Shown here: positions 20,801-30,797 of the stretch, one piece after another | How positions within the stretch are numbered: position 1 is the first letter of the stretch | How the letters are laid out: each line of letters starts with the position of its first letter | Origin: Craspedostauros australis | Taxonomy: Eukaryota | Length of the DNA: 32,375 bases | NCBI GenBank assembly: GCA_030167865.1 | Contig: JALAGF010004064.1 | Span: 1-32,375 of the forward strand | Direction of reading: 5' to 3' | The notes under the pieces: generated by a model | Told to the model about the DNA's origin: nothing | Databases searched by the model: none | The model's input: only the letters and a program-made list of their open reading frames with translations | Program-made: the position numbers and the translations under genes

Positions 20801-23800
20801 GCATCTGCACCATGAGGCGGTACTACCAATGCATCCGGGTCGAAGAGCAATCTAAACAAAAGGCCATGGAGGCGGTACAATACAAGGCAGGCCGTGCCAA
20901 GAAGCACGGCATGGGCAGCACAGGATCCTTCATGTCCTCCAAGAAATCGACGACCATGAGCAGCTCCGGATCCGTGGCCAGCACTTCCGTCGGTGGCAGC
21001 AGCACCGGCGGCATGATGAGCATGTTCTCCAAACCCATTCGCAAGGTGTATCGTAAATCATCCGAAGATTCGCAGAACTTCCCAACAGCGTCCAGAGAAC
21101 ATATGTCCTTGGGTGGTCGGCAACGGTCGACGTCATCGCGATCCGATGAAAGCAATGCGACCAGCGGTCGGCAGCAGCAGCAGCAAAAAACATTGTCGAT
21201 GGGCAGTGCTGGTGGTGAGGAGCCACGTCTTGCGTCGTATCGCAGTTCCAGCGTCGGCACGAGAGATGGAACGAAGATCAAGGCACCGGCAACCAGCCCT
21301 AGATCGCAAAGCACCAAATCACCAAATCGTCCTCCAACACCGCAGCAACAACAGCAATATCAGCATCAGTCTCATCAGTCGCATTCCTCTGTATTGCCTC
21401 CAGCCGGCACGCCAACTGCTTCCAGTCCAGCAACTGGTAGTGGCAAGGCATTCGTCACGGCCAATACCGCTGTTATCGCATCGCCCAGTTCGGCCGATCC
21501 AGCGCATGATGTCGTGCTGCCGTTGAAGGATGAGCATCCTGAGACGTTGGTGGAGAATATTACAACACCAGAAGCCATGGATGACGATCACTTACCACCG
21601 CTGCCGCAGGACACCGTCACCATCAACGACACCCTGAAGGTCATCTTCGTCGGCATGGCCAAAGCTGGAAAGACCTCCATGATTCGACGTCTGATCCGAG
21701 GAGAGAATGCCATCATCCCCAAGACGGATGAACGCACCATCGGCGTGGACATCTACCAGTGGGACCCCAAGGACGACCACCGCTTCGCCCACATCGATAG
21801 CCGGATTGTGATGGACGATGATGCCATCAAGTCGACTGTTGGAGACGTCGATGTTAAGCTCAGTGTTTGGGATTTTGCGGGGCAGCACGTGTACCATGCC
21901 ACGCACGAGCTGTTCTTTTCCAAACGTGCGCTCTACGTCCTCGTTTGGGATATGGGTGCGACCAATGCCGACACGATGCGACAGAAGAACATCATCGGCA
22001 ACGACCAAGGTGCCTTCACGCTGACGTATGACAGTTCCGATGACGATGACGAAAGCGACGATGGCTACCTTGACAACGAGGAAGAACGACGTGCCAACAG
22101 CGCGCTGGAGCGCGACATTGACGAAAAGGTGCAGTTTTGGGTGGACTGCATCCAATCCAGCGCTCCGGGATCCGCCATCCTCCCCGTGGCAAGTTTCTCG
22201 GACCTCTTCACCGACAACAACGGCGCCGAAGCCAAGCGACGTTGCAACTTCATGAGGGATCGATTGGTGCGACACGAAGCGCGGCGCATCGAAGGCATCC
22301 AGCAACGCCTCAAGGAGTACGAAGACGAGAACCGCGCCAACGAGAGTGGTGCTGTGCGCTTGCGGCGGCTGCTGTGCGACTACTCTCGACCCAAGCTCAT
22401 CTTCGGAAACGATGATGAGAACAGCGTCGTCCGGGTCAGCGGGACCAAGTACACCGGCTTTGCAGATCTCACGGAGCGCATCATCCATCTTGCTACGGGA
22501 CGTGACAAGGTCAACATGCGCTACCCCATCTTCCGCGGTCACGTGGGGGCGCGCATCCCTCGCATGCGGCTGCAGGTCCGCGATGCAGTGCGAAACATGA
22601 GAAACCGTTTCAAGGTCGTCGAATGGGGATACTTCATCAATCAGCTGCGAGACCTGGGTCTGACCAGCGTCGAGGACATCAGCGACGCGTTGCATTTCCT
22701 GACCAACGTCGGCGAGCTCTCCTTCTTCGGCGGCGTCATGCCGGATTCGTCATCGGGAGATCACGGTACGATGGAGGCGTCATCCACCCGTGAATCGTCT
22801 TCGATATCGAAGCGATCAGAGGCCGAAAGCGAGGCGGAGATGGGCATGAGCGACGATGAGGAGTTTGGCGAGGAGGAGGACGGCTTTGTCTCCATGGACG
22901 ACACCAGCATGACGATGTCCGCCATGACATCGTCGGAGGAGAGTTCGATGATCACTGCCGGCACCATGAGTCAAGGGCTGTCGCAATTCATCTTCCTCAA
23001 CCCACGCTGGTTGGTGACCGCCGTTGCTTGCATCCTGCGGCACGACCTCGATAGAGAAATTCGCGAAACCAGGAAGCGCCTGAGCTTGCAAAGACACAGC
23101 AGCAACGGTGGCAGCATCGGCGGCAGCATCGGCGGCGGCGGCAGCAGCAGCAGCTTGCCTGAACCGAACGTGCTCAAGAATTTTGATCACACGCAGAGCT
23201 TCCACGACGTGAATCTAAACTGCCCCATCATCACCGCGGAGGATGCCTGCATGCTGTGGCAAGCCAAGAAGTTCACAAAGAAGGCGGCGCAGAGAGCCGA
23301 GGAATACTCGAACAGCATGACGATGAAACCATTCGAATTCCTCCAATTGCTCCTCACGAAGTTCGGCGTTTTCGTGCCAATCGACCTGGGAATCGAAAAA
23401 GCCTTCTTGGGTGGCAAGGAGTACGCCCGTCCCACCGATATTGGCAATGAGATTGTTGTGACGAAAGGATCACACGAGCAGCAGCTCGTCGGTGGGAATG
23501 TCAAAGCGCTCGATGAAGAGGGTGGCAAGTTCTTCTTCCTGCCAAGCCTGCTGGGTCCCGGCGATCCGACCGAGGCCTGGACCTTCAAGAACAGCGATTC
23601 GTGGAAGGGAACGCTATGCCACACCGTGCTATTCCCCGACGGCGTCCCGCCAGGGCTCATGGAACGCATCACGGCCTCGGTGCTCAACACCGTCCACACC
23701 GTGGTGCATCTCAAGCGCAAGATCGAATTCAAATCGTTCGATGGCAGCGTCTTGTCAAGCGAAGGTGATGGGAACCTCTCCGTCAAGGAGATTCTGTGCT

Positions 23801-25134
23801 GGTCCAACGCGTTCTTCTTGAAACTCGGCATGGAAGTGGAGTCGAACGACAATGTACGACGCGAGAGCATCGTGGAGATCTTCGTCGGTCTGGTGGATAT
23901 GAGCTCGCCGCTGTGCGTGGGATCGAACGACATGATTATCGGCTCACAGCGCCTCATCCTGAGCGGCAAGGGTCAGATCGGTGACGGAGGACGCAAGATC
24001 TGGAAGGGTGGTTACATCTCCACCTGCAAGGCTGTGCAACGTGTCGTGGAGCAATACGGCGGCCTCGAGTACGACAAGCAAGTCTTCTGCCCCGAATGTC
24101 TGGCGAAGAAGGCAGTCAGCGAGGCATCGTACTGGAACCTCCCAACCCTGAAGGCTTCCGTCAAGACTGGGCAGGCCTTCATGTTGTGCAAGCACGGCCA
24201 CCGTGTCGACACGAGGCTCTTGGCCGGTCCGATCCAGTCGCTGAACCCCCGACGTCAGATCGACATGCACGAGGCGACGAAGCTTGACGGTCTGCCATCC
24301 AATGCCATCATGCCAATCAAGGATCTGCTTCCGGCCGTTGTGCTGGTGGGCTTGTGGGACGGCAAGACTCGGAAGATAGTGCGCGTCGGTTCTGGTTTCA
24401 TGGCGGATCGCAAGCGCGGCCTCATCGTCACGGCGGCGCACACCCTGATGAATATCTGGGGTGACAAGAACACGCCGTTCGGCGACAACTACTACGGTCT
24501 CAGCCAGGGCAAGGTGGTGGTCGGCGTCATCCCTCGCACCGACGAAGGAAAGCCGGTGGCAACGAGGGCTGTGTTCCGTTACTTCGCCAAGATCGTTGCC
24601 AAGGACCCCAGCTTCGCCAAGGGTGCCTGCCATCTGGATGCCTGCATCCTCCAGATCACAACGCGGATGGAGAACGACGTGGAGGGCAACGGAGAAGGCT
24701 GCGGCGATCAGATCGAACGCCTCCTGCTCAACAACCCGTACGCGCTGAAGCAGGAGAAGCTGCAGCAGCTGAAGATCACGGAGAAGTGCGAGCTTGACGA
24801 GCAAGTTCGCATCGTGGGCTACAACCAGGGCGGCGAAGGCTTGCTCGATTCAGGCGAAGTGCTGAATCGGGATGTCGACTTTGCTCGTGGCTACGTGTGC
24901 AAGATGTTCACTGGCACGGAGGCCGACGATCAGCGCCATCTGTTCCAACCGCGCAAGGAGATCGTCGTCATCTGCCCCACGATCGGAGGACACAGTGGAG
25001 GTCCCGTGGTGAATGACGGAGGCGAAGTGATCGGTATCTTGAGCAGAGCCGATCCGGCCGAGCGCCATCGATGTTATTTGGTCCCGACCCAGGAATGGAA
25101 GGGCTTGTTGAAGCGTGCCAAGAAGGGCATCTGA
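17869..25134 (+). CDS. ROCO-family protein: disordered N-terminus, LRR, ROC GTPase, COR and C-terminal trypsin-like serine protease; exons 17869-18624, 18967-20313, 20503-25134; about 2244 aa
   Basis: Three ORFs join in frame across two phase-0 GTGAGT...CAG introns. The LRR array (LxxLxLxxNxL) continues across intron 2 and is capped by NPLTIPPIETCEKG. ROC: GMAKAGKT (21652-21675), ERTIGVDI, VWDFAGQHVYHATHELFF (DFAGQ 21871-21885). COR: ALHFLTNVGEL, IFLNPRWL, LLTKFG, FFLPSLL, PPGLMERI. Protease: GSGF, TAAH (His 24439), LDACILQI (Asp 24637), GHSGGPV..GEVIGI (Ser 24994). Confidence 0.9.
17899..17946 (+). repeat. 12-bp coding repeat, APSS x4, in ROCO exon 1
   Basis: gcaccttcctca x2, gcaccctcatca, gcaccttcatca. 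Confidence 0.9.
18625..18966 (+). other. Spliceosomal intron 1 of the ROCO-protease gene (342 nt, phase 0)
   Basis: Donor ATG|GTGAGT, branch-like TACTAAT at 18918-18924, acceptor CCACAG|TGG. Joins the 17731 and 18859 ORF frames. Confidence 0.7.
20314..20502 (+). other. Spliceosomal intron 2 of the ROCO-protease gene (189 nt, phase 0)
   Basis: Donor GAG|GTGAGT, branch-like CTCAC at about 20460, acceptor CGCAG|TCC. Splicing restores a continuous LRR (...NNQLKIFPEE/SMLEGLMELNELDLYKN). Confidence 0.88.
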
Positions 25135-25559
25135 GTTTGGTCCAACACAGAGAGTATACTCTACTGAAGATCGCGCCATGAATGCAAATGAGGAATTTTA
25201 TGTATGTATCTGCACCTGTACTTGTACATACGCCAGTGCCAAGTTAAGGCTGTACCAGGGCCTACCCATCCTTCGAACGTGGCCGCACTCGTGAATCTCA
25301 ACATGATTCACACTTGTACGTACGTAGCAGTGCCGAACAGCAGCGTGGAGTCTGTATGGTAGCACAAGGCAACGCAAGAATACTCGTCATAGATGCAAAT
25401 TCAGAGAGCATGCCACGTTGCATGAACAAACGTCATGCTACTCGTGGCACAAATACTCTGTCATTCTACTGTACAACCATTCAGAGTACCTAGAGTATTC
25501 TGCCATGCTGGATTCATGTGTTCCTGTCGGTGGCAGATGCCCTGTTGTTTTGCCACGGA

Positions 25560-26549
25560 TTATTCTGAGGCCGCGGCTTCCTGCTGACCGTCGTAGATGA
25601 CGTTGTCGTAGATGCGATCAAAGTCCTTGTTGACGAACCAGTTCGATCGCTTTTCCAAGCCGACGAATCTGTACCCTGCGCGTTCGAGAGTGGACTTGAT
25701 GGCCTCATCCTTGCGCTCGTTCGTGCCGTCGGCCTCGACGAGGATGACACCGAACTGGTATTCGTCGAAGTTGAGCGACTGCAGCACGGGCAGTTCGGCA
25801 CCTTCCACATCCAACGAGAAGAAATCGAAATGAAAGGACTTGCCGACGACCTCGCGCAGGATGTTGTCGAGCCGCCGGCACCGGACCAGCTCTGCCGCAT
25901 CGATGAGCTCCTGCATCCAGAACTTGTTCTTGAACTCCTCGCTGGCGAATTCCAGGAATCCCGACACTGGTGTGCCCTTGTCGGTGTGCTTGATCCAATG
26001 CAGGTCGCGTTCTTCCAAGCAGGCGCCGGCATGCACCTTGGCGATCTCGTTGGGACGGTTGTGCTGCAATCGTTCGTAGCTGCCGGGATGCGCCTCGATG
26101 AGGACGCCCTTCCAGTCCAGGCCCTTGTTGAAGACGTGGGAGTTGCTGTAGCGAACACCGTCGAGGGCGCCCATCTCGATGTAAGAACCGCCGCAGAGGT
26201 TCTCGAACCATCGCAGCAGGTACTTGTCTTCCGCCGATTGCGACTTGAAGATCTCGTCTGGCAAATTTCTGTGGCATTGCGTGGCTTGCGTTTGGAGGAT
26301 CTGTGGCTTTGGGAGCGCCGTCACCACGGTTGGTGTGGATGATGCGACGGCTGTGACTGGTTCCTCGATGGCACGCAGATTGCGGGATTTGCTGGTCTCC
26401 ACCCGCTTGGTCTCAATGGCGCTTCTTTTGTAGCTCAGTGATTTGAATTGTGCCATGAGCAATACAGACACCATGATCATTGAAATGAGCACGGTCAAGC
26501 CTCGCGTTGACTTTGCGGATTGCTGTCGCTTTGGCGTTCGAAGTCCCAT
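25560..26549 (-). CDS. FkbM-family (Methyltransf_21) SAM-dependent methyltransferase with an N-terminal membrane anchor, 329 aa
   Basis: TM segment LTVLISMIMVSVLLMA; motifs SQSAED, YIEMGALDGVRYSNS, WKGVLIEA, FDFFSLDVEGAELPVLQSLNF, VILVE, LERAGY. Confidence 0.9.
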   Translation of the reverse strand: MGLRTPKRQQSAKSTRGLTVLISMIMVSVLLMAQFKSLSYKRSAIETKRVETSKSRNLRAIEEPVTAVASSTPTVVTALPKPQILQTQATQCHRNLPDEIFKSQSAEDKYLLRWFENLCGGSYIEMGALDGVRYSNSHVFNKGLDWKGVLIEAHPGSYERLQHNRPNEIAKVHAGACLEERDLHWIKHTDKGTPVSGFLEFASEEFKNKFWMQELIDAAELVRCRRLDNILREVVGKSFHFDFFSLDVEGAELPVLQSLNFDEYQFGVILVEADGTNERKDEAIKSTLERAGYRFVGLEKRSNWFVNKDFDRIYDNVIYDGQQEAAASE

Positions 26550-27733
26550 CGTGGATTGTCAAAGTATTGAGCGGTGAAGTGTTGGAGAGTTGAAGTGATG
26601 AAAGGGGATGGTGACGCGGTCCTTGTGCAGAACAAGAGACTTGTTTGTTTTGTGAGGTGAGGTGAGGTGAGTGAATTTGCCTGTGTTTGTATCTGTGTTG
26701 GCTGCTGCGTCTGTTCGTGCCTTGTCTTGTTGCTGATGTTGGTGATGGGTATCGTCATGAATGCCGTCATCGGGATGTGAAAATGTGACCGTTGGTTGTT
26801 TCGATTTTTGTCCGAGGTCGAGGTGCGCTCTGTTGCCAAAAAGTGAGAGGACTGTTTGGTTTCGTTTTGCTGACTGTTAGTCGATTGAGTCGTTGATTCG
26901 ACTAGTATATCATATCGAATCTAGAGACATACAAACTTGAAGCTGGTCGCGACAAGATGAACGAACCCAACCATCACCAAAATGATCAACAAAGCGATGA
27001 AGCAATCATCGCGAATGTCAATTGCTTTTGTCTCTTGCCTGCCTTCACATTGTTGGTTTGTGCAGAGACAAGAGATACCGTGAGCGAGAGAACTGATGCC
27101 ATCCAAGATGAATGTTGCGAGAAAGTGCAGGTCCTCTTCCAAGGCAGGCGTCCCCCAATGCAAGTACAGTGTGGTGGAATCTGGCGAGCGGTCCAAGATT
27201 CCAACGAGTGGTGAGAGATCGTGGGGCCGTTTGCCTGGAATCTTTTTGGCATCGCCGGATGAATCTTCAGAGGAGATGGTCCGTTCGTGGACATGGTTTG
27301 CGTGTGACACGAACCAGGGGGCAAAGAGAGACGAGGTTGACACGGTGGTGTCAAGAATGGAATGTGTCGTGGGAAGCCTGGGTGTTGGCACGCGAAGCCC
27401 GTGTGTCGGAATCACCGGATGGTTCGTGGGAACGCGTGCCAGAGCGCTGGATGGCAAGATGAGGAACATTCATCCCTTCATGACCCAGAGCATAATAGTC
27501 GCAACAGAGCAAGAAAAGAGAGACCACAGAAGAGCGTGATGTTGTCGTTGTTGTTTGTATTGCTACTACCTGTTGTGTTGATGTTGTTGTTATGTATCGT
27601 TTGTATTCTATGATATGTCTGTGGTTTGCTATGTTTGTGCTATGTGAAAAGGCAGGGCCACTCTGTTTGCAGAGGCAGTGGAAAAAGCTGTGGCTCTGTT
27701 GTTGAAGATGGTGCTGCTGAGGATGAGGCGCGC

Positions 27734-28207
27734 CTACATCTCCATGTCAAAGATGAAGTCGTCCGCATCGTTGTGGATCGCTTCGTCTTCCTCCATGGAG
27801 GACAGGCTCCGCAGCGAGTGATGATGCTGCTCGACAGCAGTCACATCATCGCTGTGCTCGAAGTCGCCGTCGTCCGCAAAGGCCGTCGCCGATAACAGAG
27901 CCGCCTTGCGCACCTGATGCATGCGATCCAGCAGCTCCTGATTCTTGTAGCGCAGCGCGATGCTGTTGGCTTCCTGATGACGGCTGATGCCGGACACGAT
28001 GCGTGCGTACATGATGGAGTCTCTGGCATCGGCAACGGCCGCAAGGTACTGCTTCTCGACGCCGCGGTTGGGTCGCTGTATCGTGCGGATCGGGATGCGT
28101 TTCGTGCCATTTCTTGCCGCCGAAAGGATCACCGAGCCGGTCATTGCGGCGTGCAAACAGGCGCCGTTGCTGCTGCTTCGGTTGCCGGAGAGCGTTGCTG
28201 GCATCAT
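27734..28207 (-). CDS. Small hypothetical protein, 157 aa, with an acidic tail ending in IFDMEM
   Basis: ATG-initiated ORF with GC3-rich codons and a CA-rich UTR-like leader. The D..MY.RI..G core and C-terminal IF[DE]x[DE]x resemble a diatom family of small proteins (recognised from memory). Confidence 0.75.
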   Translation of the reverse strand: MMPATLSGNRSSSNGACLHAAMTGSVILSAARNGTKRIPIRTIQRPNRGVEKQYLAAVADARDSIMYARIVSGISRHQEANSIALRYKNQELLDRMHQVRKAALLSATAFADDGDFEHSDDVTAVEQHHHSLRSLSSMEEDEAIHNDADDFIFDMEM

Positions 28208-28706
28208 CGTTGGTGCTTTGCGGTATTCGTGTGTCTTGCTGGTTGGGCGTGTGACAGTGAATGTAGTTTTGGATGTAAGTGTGATGTTATGAGTGTTGCT
28301 ATGAATACGAGTGCGAATGTGAGTGTTTGCTTGCTTGTCGGTGCGAAATCAAGTGCGTGTTTGCGATTGGAGTGGTTGTTGTAGTGCGTGTTGGGCCTGT
28401 TTGCTTCATGTGGTCGTTGTTGTGGTGGTGATTTTGCGAGTGCGAAAGTTGCTGAGTATTGCATTTTGTGTGGTCTTCGGAGTGGCCACCGCCAGCGGAA
28501 TGAAGTTCGTCTTTTTCGGTTTCGCAGTTTCGGCCTGTCCGTCCGGTGCTCTGGGTCCGCGCCGTTGACATCCGTCACGCAATTGCCGCGTGTTGGCAGC
28601 ACCCAGTATTTACGCGTGTCGCGAAAATAGCATTCGATTCGATTCCTCCTGTTCCTTGTTCGTGAACACACAGACACAAGATGCGTGTTTCGAAGATGCA
28701 CCCTTG

Positions 28707-28869
28707 TGACGTCATGGCCATCCAATGATTCGATTCCAACAACGCGAATTGAACCTTCCTGGCCATCCATCCGTCAATCGTTTCTCTCATGCTTCAACTT
28801 CGCGATCGTGTCAGCAGTGTGTCCACAAACAGCTGTCCCAAAAGGCCAATGACAACCTCGTGACGTCAC
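28707..28869. promoter_or_regulatory. Two TGACGTCA (bZIP/CRE-type) palindromes in the divergent intergenic region
   Basis: TGACGTCA at 28707-28714 and GTGACGTCAC at 28860-28869, about 500 and 650 bp upstream of the ATG at 28207. Confidence 0.4.
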
Positions 28870-30797
28870 TTCACGGACGCGAAACACATGTCAAACAATG
28901 GGACGAGGCCAGACGTGTTTGGCGATGAGTGGTTGCAACAGCATCAATCTTGCGAAACGTTTCAACCGCGGTCTTCAATCGTGCCCAGATCTTGACTCAA
29001 CGGAGCCCAATAACGACTGTGACACTTTTTCATGGCCTGTCACAAATTCGTTGCCTCATTCTCAGAAGAGAGTGTGTGGAGTACACGAGTCTAACATAAT
29101 ACTTGCACGTCATGCTTTGCTTTCACAGAACATCATGTCACACTTCAGGATTGTGCTTGTCTTGGTTGCGTTGCGTGCCTAGATCGTACCTAGCTCGTAC
29201 AAGCAACACTGCCCTCAGGCCACTTCAATGGCCTTCCCTCAACTTTGACACAGGGCGACACGTGGCAACCTTGTGGACAGAGGGACGAGGAGGCTCTTCT
29301 TCGGCCTTGGCCTTCGTGCTGGCAGCCTTGATGGACAAGATGACACATCAGCCTCGAGGAGTCTGCTGCATCTGCTGTCCTCCTTCGGTCTTCTGATACA
29401 GAGAGGCAGGCGGAGGTGTTGTCAAACGCATCCTGCAGGCAGCAATGTTGGTTGTGTGGCAGAAGGGAACCAAGTTCTGCACATACCAACTCGCATCAGG
29501 ATGGTGGAACCAGAATCAGATTCGACGAAGATCTGCGCGCAACATCTGCAACAACGAATCTAGACAACAGCAATAGGCGAATCATGGAAATCCACCCATA
29601 CGAGGATGGATGCCAACAAAAGAGGAGAGTCGTCGTAGTCTGCTACTCGTTCTCTCGTGTGCGCAGAACTGCAGTTGCAACATCGGGAAAACTACCGAAT
29701 CTTCGAGCACTTTCGGCTCTTTGCGGACATGCGCCAAACATTCGCGATTCGCAGTGATGATAAATCTCAACGGCTCTCGGTTCCATCAACGGTGGTCGGA
29801 GTTCTTGGCAACCACAACAATCGACACCATTGATAGTGTGTCCTTCTTTCTGACTACTCCATGATCTTTTCCATTGTTCGCAACCAACAAAAATTGACAT
29901 TGGGTGATGTGGAATCAGTTGGCAATGCGAATAGGCACGCGACAAGGTCGTTCCTCGAAGTCACTTGCATTCCACGGACGCGACAGGGACGAATTTGTGA
30001 TCAAGAAGCGATGACGAAATAGTCCGACTATTCGTGGGATCTCGCTCAGTGCGGTAAAGTTCTTCGTTTGGCGCTGTGGTCGAGAACAACGATGTCTTTG
30101 TCGTGATTGAAATGACACTGGGACAACTCGAGATCGCCATTTGTCATTTTCGAAAGGCCCAATGATACCGCTTTGCAAGGAGCAATCGCAATTGGTGTGG
30201 TTTCCCCACAAAATGGACAAACGCCTCTGTGTGGACAGAACCCACAACTCCACAATGCCCCGGTTCTCCGCAGGCGGAAGTGGTCCAAGGATAAAAACGA
30301 CGGAGCCATTGTGGCTTGTGCGCCATCCCGAGTGAGGCGTCCAATAGTGTCCAAGCAAAGCAAAGGCAGAGCACTGCTGTGCGAGCTATCCGAGACACCT
30401 GCGACTTCTCGCACCTCCGCAGAAGCGGTTGCCACAACCAATGCACGTCAAAATCATCGCCAATACAGTCCTCCGCTTGTGTCCACTCGTGTCCGCTGCC
30501 AGTACTCGCAGCTCGCACTTGCGACAGCCAACACCGAGTTGCGGGACGATCTCGTTGCCTTTCGCTCCATCGATTGCTTCTGCGCATTTGTTCAACATCT
30601 CAAAGGACGGACAGGCACAACCGACACGCCTTTGCATTCTTCACATCTGGCATCGCACAGAACCGCAGGCCATCGATCGCTTCCTTTTGCATTGCAAGAG
30701 TGCGTACGCATCATCCCATCCAAGCCCCAACTAGCTCGTATCACACCTACCATACGCATAATCTGTCCTACCACGACATCACATCACATCGCAAACC

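Noticed and set aside
21592-24804. Long antisense ORFs (367, 260 and 286 aa) opposite the ROCO gene
   Set aside because: Codon-bias shadows with no domain signal.
26652-26671. (GTGAG)x4 microsatellite
   Set aside because: Ordinary simple repeat upstream of the FkbM gene.
26921-27469. 182-aa minus-strand ORF with a hydrophobic C-terminus
   Set aside because: No recognisable motifs or coding bias. It lies between two minus-strand genes and is probably UTR or promoter; an orphan gene is not excluded.
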